Shown piece after piece: positions 11,538 to 25,220 of a stretch of DNA of 64,000 nucleotides (within the stretch, counting starts at the first letter, position 1; each line of letters begins with the position of its first letter). The notes under the pieces are model-generated. The model saw only the letters and a program-made list of their open reading frames with translations. It was not told where the DNA came from and made no database searches. The position numbers were made by a program, and so were the translations under genes. Location of the stretch: the NCBI RefSeq assembly GCF_963921235.1, contig NC_086097.1, positions 40,984,001 through 41,048,000 on the forward strand, in the 5' to 3' direction. Source of the stretch: Mobula hypostoma. Taxonomy: Eukaryota.

Positions 11538-12037
11538 CAGAATCAGAATCAGAATCAGGTTTATAACCACTAACAGATGTATGTCATGAAATTTGTTGTT
11601 TATTGGCAGGAATACAGTACAATAAAGAAAATATACTATAAATTACAGTAATAAGTAATACTATAAAAAGTTTTGTAAAAACAGAGCAAAAATAGCAAGC
11701 TAGTGTTCATGGATCCATGGACTGTTTAGAAATCTGATGACAGAGGGGAGAAAGCTATTCTTAAAATATTGAGTGTGTTAAATCAGGCTTCTGTACCTCC
11801 TCTCTGATGGTGGTAATGAGAAGAGGGCATATCCTGGGTTGTGGATGCCGCCTTCTTGAAGCATAACTTTTTGATCATGTCCTCACTGCTAGGAGGCTAG
11901 TGGCTGTGATGGGGCAGGCTAGGTTTACAACCCTCTGTAGCTTTGTCCAGTCCTGTACAATGGCTCCTCGATACTAAATGGTGATGCAACCAGCAAGAAT
12001 GTTCTCTGTGCTATATCTGTAGAAATTTGCTAAAGTC
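11538..12037 (-). mobile_element. Rex1/Babar-type LINE 3' fragment
   Basis: (AGAATC)3 tail at the left end; reverse-complement similarity to 15870-16425. Confidence 0.7.
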
Positions 12038-12572
12038 TTAGTGACACGATTTTAAGCTTGGGTGGACTCCTGTGCATTGCAATTGGATTCTCAACTTCCT
12101 AACCGGAAGACCACAATCTGTGCAGATTGGTAATAACATCTCCACTTCACCGACAATAATAATGGCACACATCAGGGATGTGTGCTTAGCCCACTGCTCT
12201 ACTCTCTCTACACCCTGACTCTGTCTGGCTAGGCATAGCTCAAATGCCATCTATAAATTTGCTGATGATACAACTATTGTTGGCAGGATCTCAGAGGGCG
12301 TACAGGAGCGTGATATACCACCTGGTTGAGTGGTGTTGCAGCAACAACCTTGCACTCAGTGTCAGTAAGACCAAAGAACTGACTGAGGACTTCGGAAAGG
12401 GTAGGTAGAGGGAAATCAAACTAATCCTCATGGAGGGATCAGAAGTGGAGAGAGTGAGCAGTTTCAAGTTCCTGGATGTCAAGATCTCTGAGAATCTAAC
12501 CTGGTCTCAAAATATTGATGCAGCTATAAAGAAGGCAAGACAGTGGCTGTACTTCATTAGGAATTTGAAGAG

Positions 12573-15500
12573 AGTCTGGCACAGAGTCCGGCCCTGTAGC
12601 TCAGAAGGGTAGGGAAAGGAAGAGGATGGCAGCAGTGATAGGGGACTATAGTTAGGGTGTCAGACAGGTGATTCTGTGGACGCAGGAAAGAATCTCGGAT
12701 GGTAGTTTGCCTCCCAGGTGCCAGGGTCCGGGATGTTTCTGATCACGTCCACAATATCCTGAAGTGGGAAGGTGAACAGCCAGAGGTCGTGGTACATATT
12801 GGTACCAATGACATAGGTAGGAAAAGGGAGGAGGTCCTGAAAATAGACTACAGGGAGTTAGGAAGGAAGTTGAGAAGCAGGACTTCTAAGGTAGTAATCT
12901 TGGGATTACTGTCTGTGCCACGTGGCAGTGAGTATAGGAATAGAGTGATGCGGAAGATAAATGCGTGGCTGAGGGATTGGAGCAGGGGGCAGGGATTCAG
13001 ATTTCTGGATCATTGGGACCTCTGTTGGGGCAGGTGTGACCTATCAAAAAGAATCTGAGGGGGACCAATATCCTGGCAGAGGGGTTTGCTGAGGCTATTG
13101 GGGAGAACTTAAACTAGAATTGCTGGGGGGTGGGAACCAAACTGAAGAGACAGAGGAAGGGACGGTTGGCTCACAAATAGAGAAAGCTTGGAGACAGTGT
13201 GAGAGGGAGGATAGGCAGGTGATAGAGAAGGGATGCGCTCAGACTGATGGTTTGAGATGTGTCTATTTTAATGCAAGGAGTATCGTGAACAAAGCAGATG
13301 AGCTTAGAGTGTGGATCATTACTTGGAGCTATGATGTTGTGGTTATTACAGAGTCTTGGATGGCTCAGGGACAGGAATGGCTACTAAGAATGTCAGGCTT
13401 TAGATGTTTCAGAAAGAGAGAGGGAGACAAAAGAGGTGGGGGCGTGGCACTGCTGATCAGAGGTAGTGTCACGGCTGCAGAAAAGGAGGAAGTCATGGAG
13501 GGATTGTCTACTGAGTCTCTGTGGGTGGAAGTTAGGAACAGGAAGGGGTCAATAAATCTACTGGGTGTTTTTTAATAGACCACCCAATAGTAAAAGGGAC
13601 ATTGAGGAGCAGATAGGGAGACAGATTCTGGAAAGATGAAATAATAACAGGGTTGTCGTGGTGGGAGATTTTAATTTCCCCAATATTGATTGGCGGCTCC
13701 CTAGAGCGAGGGGTTTAGATGAGGTAAAGTTTGTGAGGTGTGTTCAGGAAGGTTTCCTGACACAATATGTAGATATGCCTGCAAAAGGAGAGGCTGTACT
13801 TGATCTGGTTTTGGGAAATGAACCTGGTCAGGTGTCAGGTCTCAGAGGGAGAGCATTTTGGAGCTAGTGATCACAATTCTATCTCTTTTCCCATAGCATT
13901 GGAAAAGGATAGGAACAGAGAAGTTGGGAAAGTGTTTAATTGGAGTAAGGGGAAATATGAAGCTATCAGACAGGAACTTGGTAGCATAAATTGGGAACAG
14001 ATGTTCTCAGGAAAATGTACGGCAGAAATGTGGCAAATGTTCAGGGGATATTTGTGTGGCGTTCTGCAGAGTTATGTTTCAATGAGACAGGGAAAGGATG
14101 GTAGGGTATAGGAACCATGTGTATAAGGGCTGTTGAAAATCTAGTCAAGAAGAAAAGAAAAGCTTACAAAAGGTTCAAAAAACTAGGTAATGATGTAATG
14201 TATATGGATAAGGCATTTGATGAGGTACCCCATGCAAGGCTTAATGAGAAAGTAAGAAGGCATGGGATCCAAAGGGACCTTGCTTTGTGGATCCAGAATT
14301 GGCTTGCACACAGAAAGCCAAGAGTGGTTGTAGACGGGTCATATTCTGCATGGAGGTCGGTGACCAGTGGTGTGCTTCAGGGATCTGTTCTGGGACTCCT
14401 TCTCTTCATGGTTTTTATAAATGACCTGGATGAGGAAGTGGAGGTATGGGTTAGTAAATTTGCTGATGACGCAAAGGTTGGTGGTGTTGTGGATAGTGTG
14501 GAGGGCTTTCAGAGGTTATAGCAAGACATCAGTAGGATGCAAAACTGAACTGAGAAGTGGTAGATTAGTGTGAGATGGTTCATTTTTGTAAGTCAAATAT
14601 GATGGCAGAATATAGTATTAATGGTAACACTCTGGGCATTGTTGAGGATCTGAGGGATCTTGGGGTCCGAGTCCAAAGGACTGTATGGTTAAGAAGGCAT
14701 ACGGTGCATTGGTCTTCATCAACCATGGGATTGAGTTCAAGAGCCGAGAGGTAATGTTGCAGCAATATAGGACCCTGGTCAGACCCACTTGGAGTACTGT
14801 GCTCAGTTCCGATCACCTCACTACAGGAAGGATGTGGAAACTATAGAAAGGGTGCAGAGGAGATTTACAAGGATGTTACCTGGATTGAGAAGCATGCCTT
14901 ATGAGAATAGGTTGAGTCAACTTGGAGCGACGGAGGATGAGAGGTGACCTGATAGATGTGTATAAGATGATGAGAGGCATTGATCATGTGGATGGTCAGA
15001 GGTTTTTTCCCAGGGCTGAAATGGCTAGCACAAGAAGGCATAGTTTTAAGGTGCTTGGAACTAGGTACAGAGGAGATGTCAGGGATAAATTTTTTCACGC
15101 AGAGAGTGGTGAGTGCGTGGAATGGGCTGCCAGCGATGGTGATGGAGGCGGATACGATAGGGTCTTTTAAGAGACTCCTGGATAGGTACATGGAGCTTAG
15201 AAAAATAGAGGTCTATGAGTAATTTCTAAAGTAAGTACATATAACCATATAACAATTACAGCATGGAAACAGGCCATCTCGGCCCTTCTAGTCCGTGCCG
15301 AACTCTTACTCTCACCTAGTCCCACCGACCTGCACTCAGCCCATAACCCTCCATTCCTTTCCTGTCCATGTAGCTGCCACTTTAACTTTAAACGACAACA
15401 TCGAACCTGCCTCAACCACTTCTGCTGGAAGCTCTTTCCACACAGCCACCACTCTTTGAGTAAAGAAGTTCTCCCTCACGTTACCCCTAAACTTTTGCCC

Positions 15501-15845
15501 TTTAACTCTCAACTCATGTTCTCTTGTTTGAATCTCCCCCACTCTCAATGGAAAAAGCCTATCCACGTCAACTCTATCTATCTCTCTCATAATTTTAAAT
15601 ACCTCTATCAAGTCCCCCCCTCAACCTTCTACGTTCCAAAGAATAAAGACCCAACTTGTTCAACCTTTCTCTGTACCTTAGGTGATGAAACCCAGGTAAC
15701 ATTCTAGTAACACACATCAAAGCCGCCGGTGAACGCAGCAGGCCAGGCAGCACTTCCAGGAAGAGGCAGAGCCGACTCCCACATGTTTGGCACAGCTTTG
15801 TGGGCCGAAAGGCCTGTGTTGTGCTGTAGGTTTTCTATATTTCTA
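12573..15845 (+). mobile_element. CR1 LINE with SGNH-esterase ORF1 remnant and APE-RT ORF2 remnant, internally deleted
   Basis: ORF1: CLPGARV..VVVHIGTND..DHWD. APE: YFNARSI..ITESW..GGGVALL, GDFNFP, LDLVL, SDHN. RT: KAFD.VPH, SGVLQGSVLG, KFADD. The 3' UTR resumes at 15781. Confidence 0.9.
15241..15780 (-). mobile_element. CR1 3' fragment (15241-~15705) fused to a Penelope terminal piece (~15706-15780)
   Basis: ORF 15336-15611 (IEVFKIM..FFTQRVVAVWKELP). 15709-15778 matches 58472-58540. The whole insert is flanked by ACAT (15237-15240, 15781-15784). Confidence 0.8.
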
Positions 15846-18800
15846 GATTCTGTTTGACACCTAAAGCACTCGAAAACTTCTACAGATGTATTATGGAGAG
15901 TATTCTGACTGGCTGCATCACCGTCTATTATGGTGAGGGTGGGGGAGGGGCTACTGCACAGGATCAAGGGAAGCCTCAGAGTTGTAAAATTAGTCAGGTT
16001 CCTTATGGAATACCAGCTCCCTCGAATCCAAGATGTTGAATGTGTTCAAATAGTCAAGGAGCGGTGCCTGAGAATGGTGGTGCCCATCATTAAGGACCCC
16101 CACCACCCAGGACATGCCCTCTTCTCATTGTTGCCATCAGGAAGGAGGTGCAGAAGCCTGAAAGTACACACTCAGTGATTCAGGAACAGCTTCTTCCTCT
16201 CTGCTATCCGATTCCTAAATGGACATTGAACCCAAGAACACTCTCTCACTACTTTTTATTTCTGATTTTGTAGTACTTGTTTAATGTAACTATTTAGTAT
16301 ACGTATCTATAAATACTGTAAATCAGTTTTTTTCCTCTATTTTTATCATGTATTGTACTGTTGCCTCAAAATTAACAAATTTCATGACATTTGCTGGTGA
16401 TATTAAACCTGATTCTGATTCTGACTGACTTTGCAGGAAAGTTACCAAATGAAATTTGACACCAAGCTGACAATAGCGATGTTAGAGCAGGTCATAGTGT
16501 CCTAAAGAGTCTAAGGTGCATACAGCATGGAACTAGGTCCTTCAATCAACCAAATCAACATTAACAACCATTTACATTAATCTTATACAAATCTCACTTT
16601 ATTCTCCCTTATTCAAATCTACACTTCTGCATCCTCCACTACGGCTTTGTAAAAGATGCGAGTTTCAAAGGGGAAATCAGGGAGAAAGGTACAAATGTTG
16701 GGTGGTTTGGGAAAGGAATTCTAGTTTTTGATCAAGGCACTTGGTGAAGAGATAAAATCAGGAATGACTAGGAGACAAGAATTGGAGGAGTGACGGATCT
16801 TATCAGCTTATAGAGCTAGAGGAAGTTGTATAGTGATAGGAGGAAGAAGCAACAGAGGGATTTGTAGATAAGGATAAGAAAATTTCATTTGAATAGAAGG
16901 CAGACTGAGAAGGAGCATAGTCCAGTAGTACAGATCCTGCCGTACATGTGGACTTGCGTTCTAATTTTGGGGAAATCTGCATCTGGGGTTGCTCTAACCT
17001 GCTAACTGTGAATATTATTTACTACAGATTTAATCCTCTACAAAGCCAGATTCAGACTAGTGGGTAGACATGGAGTGATTGAAATAGATTTTGTGATTTT
17101 ACGATACAACAACCTATCTCCAGCATGTAGGCAAGATTCTACCGCTGCACTATCCTACCACTGAACTATTTGCTTAGCCAAATGGTGAAAGTGTTGTATT
17201 GGTATTAAAGAGAGATTTTGCCTGATGTGTCTGCCACATTGGGAGCAATTTGCCATAGAATCTACAGTGTAACAAGGACTTCCATTCCTGTCACAGTACC
17301 GTGGTTTTCTGTGTCCCAAACAGAGCATCATAATAATGCAATCATTGGCCATGATAACCTTACAAACCCAATTCCTATCAGTAGGATCGATGTATCTTAT
17401 CGGGGCACGCTTTCCATTTCTTACGCACATAACGATTATCTTCTTGAGGCTGATAACATCGTGTCTGTAAGCCATTCACTAAACTAATAGCCTTGCTCAT
17501 ATAATTGAAATCAACCTCGTAGTTCTAATGTCCATCATTGATTATTACCTCAAACTCCAGCATATATCGTTCTGTCTTGCAGATCAATTGTATTTCCTAG
17601 ATAGATGTGTTAGTGTGATGGGGTTTGAAATATAACTATGTTTTTCCCAGGCACTGCAATTTTATGAGTATTGTTGATATTATTCAATACGAGTTGTCAG
17701 AGGATGTAGGTTCAAGGTCATGGTTCTGCAGTTTGGAGCCTCACAGGGATGAGCTGTAAAACAATAAAACAACACAATGAATTTGTTTATAATGGCAACA
17801 TTGGGACAATTTGCAGTTGCGTTTTGTAGATAGGTAGTTTTCAAATGTTTCTACTAGTCAAACTCACTGATATATTGCACTTCTAATGGGAAATGGTCAC
17901 TGTGGGTTTTATGAATGTGAATATGAACTGTTTGAGTGCTAATCTTTAAGGTAGCTTTCAGAATAGAGTTGATTTTCCTGGTAATGTAATATTGAAATAT
18001 TGACACATAATGGAAATTATACTTCAGAGCATTTGGAGTTCAAATAGATTTTAAATGCTTTCCCTGGTTTCCACTGCAATTTAGCAAACTGGAACACTTT
18101 TTAATTGAACTGTACCATCCGATACTTTTCTAATAGAATCGATTAACTAGGTGGAATATAATCTTTTTACGAACACCATTTTTAAAATATGCTTTAAAAG
18201 TCAAACTCAGACTCAACTGGGCCAGACAGATCAACGATCAGAATAAATATTATGCCCTTCGATTGAACTCTGGGATATTTATCTGCGAAGGCTTTGTCAT
18301 TGAAGATGTCTGTCCCTGCGTCATTTGAAGTATCACTCACTCTCTGTTCGTTCAGCTGCGGCTGTAAAACAAGCAATTTTGAGATCACATGCTTCCGCCA
18401 TTCCTTCATAGTTTTGGAGCTTGTGGAAGGTCAAGGCAATCTAGTGTGAGAAGGGATATAAGCCAGTGGCAATTGGAAACACTCATTCTGTGACCACCTT
18501 CCAAGAAAAGCAATGCATGCTGATGACTGGAAGAGCAACTCAGATTGCTGAGTTGATTACTACATGCGTGAAGCTTACAAGCATAGTGAGCATCAGTTCA
18601 ATAATATGTCTGTGCAAGGACAATGGTCACCATTGTCCTTGAAAGATGTTTAAATATACCCAGTTCGGCAAGACTGCAATGATTTGTGTAATAATTAACT
18701 GTCTTCTGGTCATAAGCAAAGGAAGCAGTGTTTAGCTCTCAAAATTCTATTGCTGTGGTTGATTCGGGATCATCCCACTGCATTCGAGTGGCTTTCCATG

Positions 18801-21429
18801 TCCCGCTTAGCTTTATGATCGTCAGTAGCGATAGATATAATGGCATTAAATAACAACAAGTGCTAACTGCTCCCATGGATTGTAGGGGTATGCTCATACA
18901 AGTTTGTTAAATCAACTAATTTCATTTTGTCAAAGTTAAGACAGGAAGCCCAAAGGGGAAAAACCCTTCTCTTGGACACCCTAGATGGACAGAAAAACAC
19001 ACCCAGACAATAACAAAAGTTGTGCTTTTCTCTGAGCCTCAACTGAAAAACTATGCATTTGAAGATGTGGGAACTCATTAAAAATGAAAATCATCCCACC
19101 TTCAGAAGGATGTCAGTTGAGGTACTCACATAACCCAGCTGCCTTTAAAGATAAAAGGTACTTTTGTACTTTTTTCCCATTATCTGCTTTGTGTCTTTCT
19201 AAATGAGCTGTTTCATTGAATGGCTCTGACTTTCAATTAACCAGACTAATATATTTTTGTATTATTAGTAATCACTGTTACTTTGAGAGTTGAAGTAGGA
19301 TTTAATTCTGAAATAGCTGCCAAACCTTTAAACTATGTGTTGGTTTATATCCTATTTACAAAGCAAACTGAAATATTCCAATATTCATTTCATGGTACAT
19401 CACTTTGTATCCTTTTAGTACGTAATGTACTGCATCACTAGCCATATGGCAGAAGTTTTGGCAGAAATATCCTTCTATAAATTATGTACCCAGTGCTTGT
19501 CTGAAATAAAAACATGAACAGCTGATTTACACAGCAGGCCTTTCAGCCACTGTGAAGGAAAAACACAGGTTATTATATTTGCCAGTTCTTGCATTACTAC
19601 CAATACACAACTTTTTATTTGACAGCATAAAAGAGCATCCCATTATACAAACTCTGGGATAATTTTAATGAATGCCCAAATACGATTGTAAAATATTAGG
19701 TGTTTATAATTATGCATCATTCTTAATATTTGATATTGACAGATTATATTTAAAAGAGGCAAGAATTTTGCAACTTTGGTAAATATACAGCTGTGGTTAA
19801 ATGGCTTGTTTAAGTTATTGGGAGAAGGCAGGAGAAATGAGAGGAACAATAGAACAGTCATAGCAGAATGGACTAGATGGGCCAAATAGCTTAATTCTGC
19901 TCGCATTTTCTTATGCTCAGATTGAAGAGACCCTTGGTCAGAACTTTGTCAGATAGGTCTTTGACCTGAACCTTTAACTCTGACTCTTTGTCCATGGTTG
20001 TGACTGACAGTGTATTTCCTTCATTGGCCCAACTAGTCCTTTATGACATAAAAAACAAAGACAATTGTGCAACCATCTCAAACAACAAGTTCTATAACTT
20101 TATTATGCTCGTTGATAGTGAGAGCGTATCCCTTTATGAACTGTACCATGTGACCATCCAGCCTCAGTAGGACAAAGTGAGATTTAGACAGACTGGAACC
20201 AGTTGCTTGGCATGGCACACTGAAAATGGAATGCCTTGTTTTTTGTTTGTAAGTTATTTAGTTTAATAAGGTACTTCATTATTTTAACATACTAAAGATC
20301 CTCTGGTATCGTTGAATATGATACTGATAAAACTATTATATAATGCCCATAAAGGATCAGAAAGATGATCTTTCTGGAGACAAGTGGAAACAAGTTAGTA
20401 TCAAATCACAGGATGAGTAGGGAGAAGGGAATATCTCTGTAAGTCTGAGAGTAAAGAAAACATGAGGTCATCTTGTCAGTGGGTGCATGGGGATAATGGA
20501 CAGTGGAGAAAATATTTATTTTGTCACAAAAGCAATGAAATGAGGGAAGTTAGAGAATGGGAATACAAAGGAATGCAAAAGCTGTGAAATGCAGAGCCAC
20601 AGGACATGCCCAGTGTGTCAGGCCGTGTTAATAGAGAGAGGAGAAACTGAACCAATATCATAGTGTGATACTAACAGAGAACATTCAGTGACCTGAACTT
20701 GCAGAATATGTTGAGTTTAAAAGGCTGCATTATGCCTAGATGGGAGATCAATGCTGTTCCCCGAATTTATGTTTGGCTTTTTTAAAACAAATGTAGGAAG
20801 CGACATTACATTGTAACAGTAGATGGAGAATTAAAGTGACGGGCAGGTGGCAGTGAATGCTCCTTTCTGTGGACTGTGGGCTGAGCATCTGTATTCTGCA
20901 AGCACTCAACTGAATTTGTGGTTCGTCTCACCACTAAGAAGTTGACCATGTTGTGAACCCCAAATGCAATACACCAGTTTGCAAAAATTGCGAATGAATT
21001 GTTGCTTTGCCTGGAAGTAATATTTTGGTTGCCGAAGGGTGGAAAGGAACAAGATAAAAGGAAAGGTGTTTCATTTCCTGTGCAACTGTACGAGAAATGA
21101 GGTACTCAAATTATAATGGAACTAGATTATGTAGACTTTTCCAACAGCAAATATGTCTAAAATTAGACGGCATAGGTGTAATAAAATTGGAAAGAAGTTT
21201 CAAAAGTATGTGGGCAGATTTCCTTTTCATCCAGATCATTGTTGGAATTATGTACCTCAGTGCTCATGCTGTTGCATAGGACAGAGTTGGACTGGTCTGA
21301 CTTCGAGCTGAAATAAGTTCAAGTGGAACAAAGTGCCTCTTCTGAATTGGATGATTCTGTGATTACACTTCAGATGGTTGAATTTAACCACCTTATGTCC
21401 CAGTACTTGGAGAAGGTAGGGTATATAAA

Positions 21430-21800
21430 TCGTAGAATATTCTGTAGAACAGTATACCACAGTCCAGGCCCTTCGGCCCACAATGTTGTGCTGACCTTTT
21501 AACCCACTCCAAGAGTGATCAATCTCTTAAATATCCCTAATGTATCGGCCTCCTCCACCATCCCTGGCCATGTGTTCCATGTAACCACTCTATTATATAT
21601 AAAAAAAACCTCTGATATCATTGTCTTTATACTTTCCTCCAGTTAGCTTAAAAGTATGTCTTCTCTTATTAGGCATTGCCACTCTGGGAAAAATGTGCTG
21701 GCTGTTCACTCTATCTATGCCTCTAATCATCATAGATACCTTGATTAAGTCTGCTCTCATTTTCGTCATCCCAAAGAGCAAAGCTCTAGCTTGCTTAATT
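21430..21800 (-). mobile_element. CR1 3' fragment
   Basis: ORF 21593-21898 has KMRADLIKV..RGIDRV..FPR; GGCCCTTCGGCCCAC 3' UTR motif. Confidence 0.75.
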
Positions 21801-22139
21801 GGCTCAGAGGAATGAAAAACACAAATGATAGAAAGAAGAATTTTAGAAGAGTTTAAGCAATGAAGTGAGAGAAAAAATATGCAAAGTGACAGGGGCACAC
21901 TTCAATTTGTTTAGCACTTTCAAGGGCACCCTGTTTCAAATCTAAAACACTGGCCGAGCTTGTGTGTGTCTGTGTCGGTGAGGCACAGTGAGCGCAAGGT
22001 GAGAGAAGCCACTGTTATCCAGAGTGCCTGGTTAAACACTGTGATTTCCAAGCAGCTGCTGATGATACCTTGTTGAAGGATTTTTGGGGTTCATCTGCAC
22101 AATTTTAGCACTGTGTGCTGGCTGCAGAGGCAGCCGATG

Positions 22140-22790
22140 CATTAGAGGTGAACTTCCAAAATTCACCAGGTTCTGGAACACTGTGAGAGTGCTAGGTAAT
22201 TAACTCAACACTCCTTTTCAAGAGAGCAGGAAAAAGAAAAAATAGAGAACTTAGCCTGAGATCAGTTCTTAGAAATAATTTGAATTCACTAATTAACAGG
22301 GCACTTAAAATCATGGTATCATTAAACAGAGTCCATTAGTTTTATGAAAAGGACATTTTTGATAGATTTAAGCCTTTTGAAGAGGTAACTAACAGGGTAA
22401 ATAAGTAGGAAGAGGTTGATGTAGTGTCTTTGGAGTTTCAGAAAGCATCGATAAGGTACTGCACTGAAATTTTATTTCCTAAATTAAGGATTCATGAGGT
22501 TTGGTGCAGCTTTTAAGTCTAAGCGAAGGTTCAGTTAAAAGACAGAATTTTAAAAAATGAACTAAAATGTAACTAGTGGAGAGCTATCTCTCAGCTACTG
22601 TGTTATTCAAAATTCATTGTAATCACTTCGAAGCAAACAAAATGTATCATCCCAGATCTGCTGATGAAAGAAGAATGGGGAAATGGAGCTGTCAGAAGGG
22701 TTGAAAATTCAGAAGAATGAGTAGAAAAACAAAATATTTTTAAATGCTATGAGCCAATTAAATTTTGGCCTATACAGGGACCTTGGTCTT
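22140..22790 (+). mobile_element. Very decayed CR1 RT fragment
   Basis: FEEVT.RV..DVV..EFQKA.DKV remnants near 22375-22460. Confidence 0.55.
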
Positions 22791-23021
22791 ATTCTTTAAC
22801 ATCTCGGCTACAATCCCATTTATGCCCCTTAATTTTTCTTTTTGCTGCCTATTCCGAAGAGCTTCCTAAGTGCTTAACCTGCTCACAAGTGATAAAGATT
22901 CCCTGTAGAGAGCATCACTCTGGAGAATTCGGCACCGGATCATTAGAGATATCGATTGGCCAGCTGGAAAGTTACCGAGCAAACTATACATAAAATGAGC
23001 AAGGCCAATCTATTGCCAGTC

Positions 23022-23217
23022 ATAAGCACAAGAGATTCTACACAGGAAATCTAGAAAAACAGACACAAAATGGTAGAGGGAATCAGCAGGTCAGACTGCA
23101 CCTATGCAGGGGAATAAACAGATGACGTTTCGGACTAGACCTTTCATTGAGATTCTTCATTCTCCTCCATAGCTGCTGACTGACTTGCTGACTTCCTTCA
23201 GCATTTTGTGTGTGTTC
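23022..23217. mobile_element. Short palindromic Penelope-terminus derivative
   Basis: ACACAAAATG..CAGCAGGTCAG on the left arm and CTGACTTGCTG..CATTTTGTGT on the right. Contains a hammerhead remnant (GACGTTTCGG..CTTTCAT). Confidence 0.7.
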
Positions 23218-24999
23218 AATGCCATTGTTGACAAATTAGATTGTGCAACTCTTTTAGAAGTTCAAGAAGTGTTTGATTAAAAAATTATTTATCAATTCAA
23301 ATGCTTTGCCTTCTGGCTTGGCCAATATTTCATTAAAAAATTATCAAGACTGCAGTTCAAGGATAATCCTGTTTATATATTTTTGTACCAATATTATGGT
23401 AATTGTGTTACATCTGCTGCAGAATCAGAATTACAAAGGAGAAACATTAATGTGGTTGGATTTTATTACAATGAAAGTTAATTCTCTTTCATAGTGTCAT
23501 CTTGTTTTTGGCTTCACCCTTGCCTATCTATTCATGGATGAATAATGTGAAATGAGATAGTTCAGATGTTGATTTGTCCTCTTTCATATGTATGCCAAAG
23601 TTTTTAAGCTAAACATTGTTTTTAAACTGAACATCCCTCTTGATATTTTGATGTAATTGTTACCTCACAGGTTGACAATAATTCCCCAAAACAGATGCCA
23701 AGCAACACCCAATGATGAATGATCCTAAAGGAATTAATGAGTCATATTAGTTGCTCATGGTGAAAGATGTGCATTGAATTATAAGCAATAATTACCAAAG
23801 GTTTCTAGCATTAGAAAGTGATATCAAGCAGCCAATTTATTATATTTCTTTCAGCTTTTTGTTTCTCTGTCATAAATGATGTCCACCTATTCTGTTGATT
23901 GATGTGACCCTTCCAATTGCATGCAGGGTCATTTACCTGAAGCTGGAGACCCCCAAAGCTTTGCAGTTGGAGCTTGCTGAGCTAAATTGACACAACTGTA
24001 TTTTCATTAGCCTCAATAACCTCACTCAGCACCCAGCTACATATGTTAATGATCTGTCCAAGACTGCCATAGTAACAAAGTGGCTCTTTCAGTTTTTATT
24101 GTACAGTAAAAGCACTGTGAGCCAGCCATATGATGGGAGCTTTTTATTAGACCTGACTCCAGTGAATACCACTTTTGCACTGGCCTTGTGCAATGAGAAT
24201 TCCCAATAGTTTGAATATGAATGTGATGGAAAAGTACTGCATTGTATTTTTCCCAAGTTGGCTACCAGGCTGTGGATTTGTGTCATTACTTGAAGTGGTG
24301 TACAAATCTTGACAAAACAATAGACATTCCTCATCCCAAAGAGCAAAGAAATGTTTTTTTTTCTCATTCCAGTCCCATCATAATGGCTCACTGCTGTTAC
24401 TCGTCCCTCACTTTCTAGACTTTTGTACATCACACTTCCCTATGGGCTAGGCTGGATAATTAAGCAGAAAGAAACTATCCGGAGGTTATTGTGAGAAACA
24501 CAAGAAGCCTGAGGTGCTGTGGAATAAACGATTAAATGAAGAATTTCTAGCACTTTGAAGCAGAACTTGAGGGAATCTGTCATATTGCTGTTTAGCAGTG
24601 AAGATGAGTTTATGGTAGAAGACACCTAATGAAAATATTTCACCTGATCGATGACCTGCTTTGAAACCAGAAGGGATAGAAGTTTATAACATATATTGAA
24701 TGTTGAACACATTGAAATCAATGGAACCATATTTTGGTGTTTAGTTTACAACTTACTGCAATGTCTGTTTAGTGCTTTCAACAATGTATGAATTTCTGAC
24801 CCCCCCCCATAAAATACCCTTCACCTGGTTGAGATCATTCAAACCCATGGACGTCTGAAATGTCAATATCTTCAGGTTAAGAAAATCGTGTCAGTCCTTT
24901 AGAGGTTTCATTTCAGTGAAAAGTTACACTGCAGTCCCACCTTTTTGACTGTGTTGGGCTTTAAGCTGAGTGTGGATAATAGGCTGTTTTCCCTGTGGG

Positions 25000-25220
25000 C
25001 GCAGCATAGTGCCATCAGAGAGGAGGTACAGGAGCCTGAAGACACATGCTCAATGCTTTAGGAATAGCTTCGTCCCCTCCACTGCAAGATCTCTGAACGG
25101 GCAATGAACACTGTATCTCATTATTTTTTGCTTTCTTTTTGCACTATTTATTCATATTTTATACCGTATACGGTATTTCTTGTAATCGATGGTATATTTT
25201 ATATATTGCACTGTTCTACC
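25000..25220 (+). mobile_element. Rex1/Babar-type 3' fragment
   Basis: Matches 16130-16360 (PSGRRYRSLK..RNSF region). Confidence 0.65.

Larger units (their letters stand above)
12050..16425 (+). mobile_element. Rex1/Babar-type LINE split by nested insertions (own sequence about 12050-12572 and 15845-16425)
   Basis: [12 protein letters not shown] and KFADDTTIVGRIS motifs. KKARQWLYFIRNLKR breaks at ~12572 and resumes LTPKALENFYRCIMESILTGC at ~15850. (TTCTGA)n tail. Confidence 0.85.

Noticed and set aside
17105..17490. tRNA-Gly-like remnant and ORFs 17155-17475 / 17218-17487
   Set aside because: Only a short partial resemblance (TTCTACC..CTACCACTGAAC) with no cloverleaf; the ORFs have no recognisable domain or splice support.
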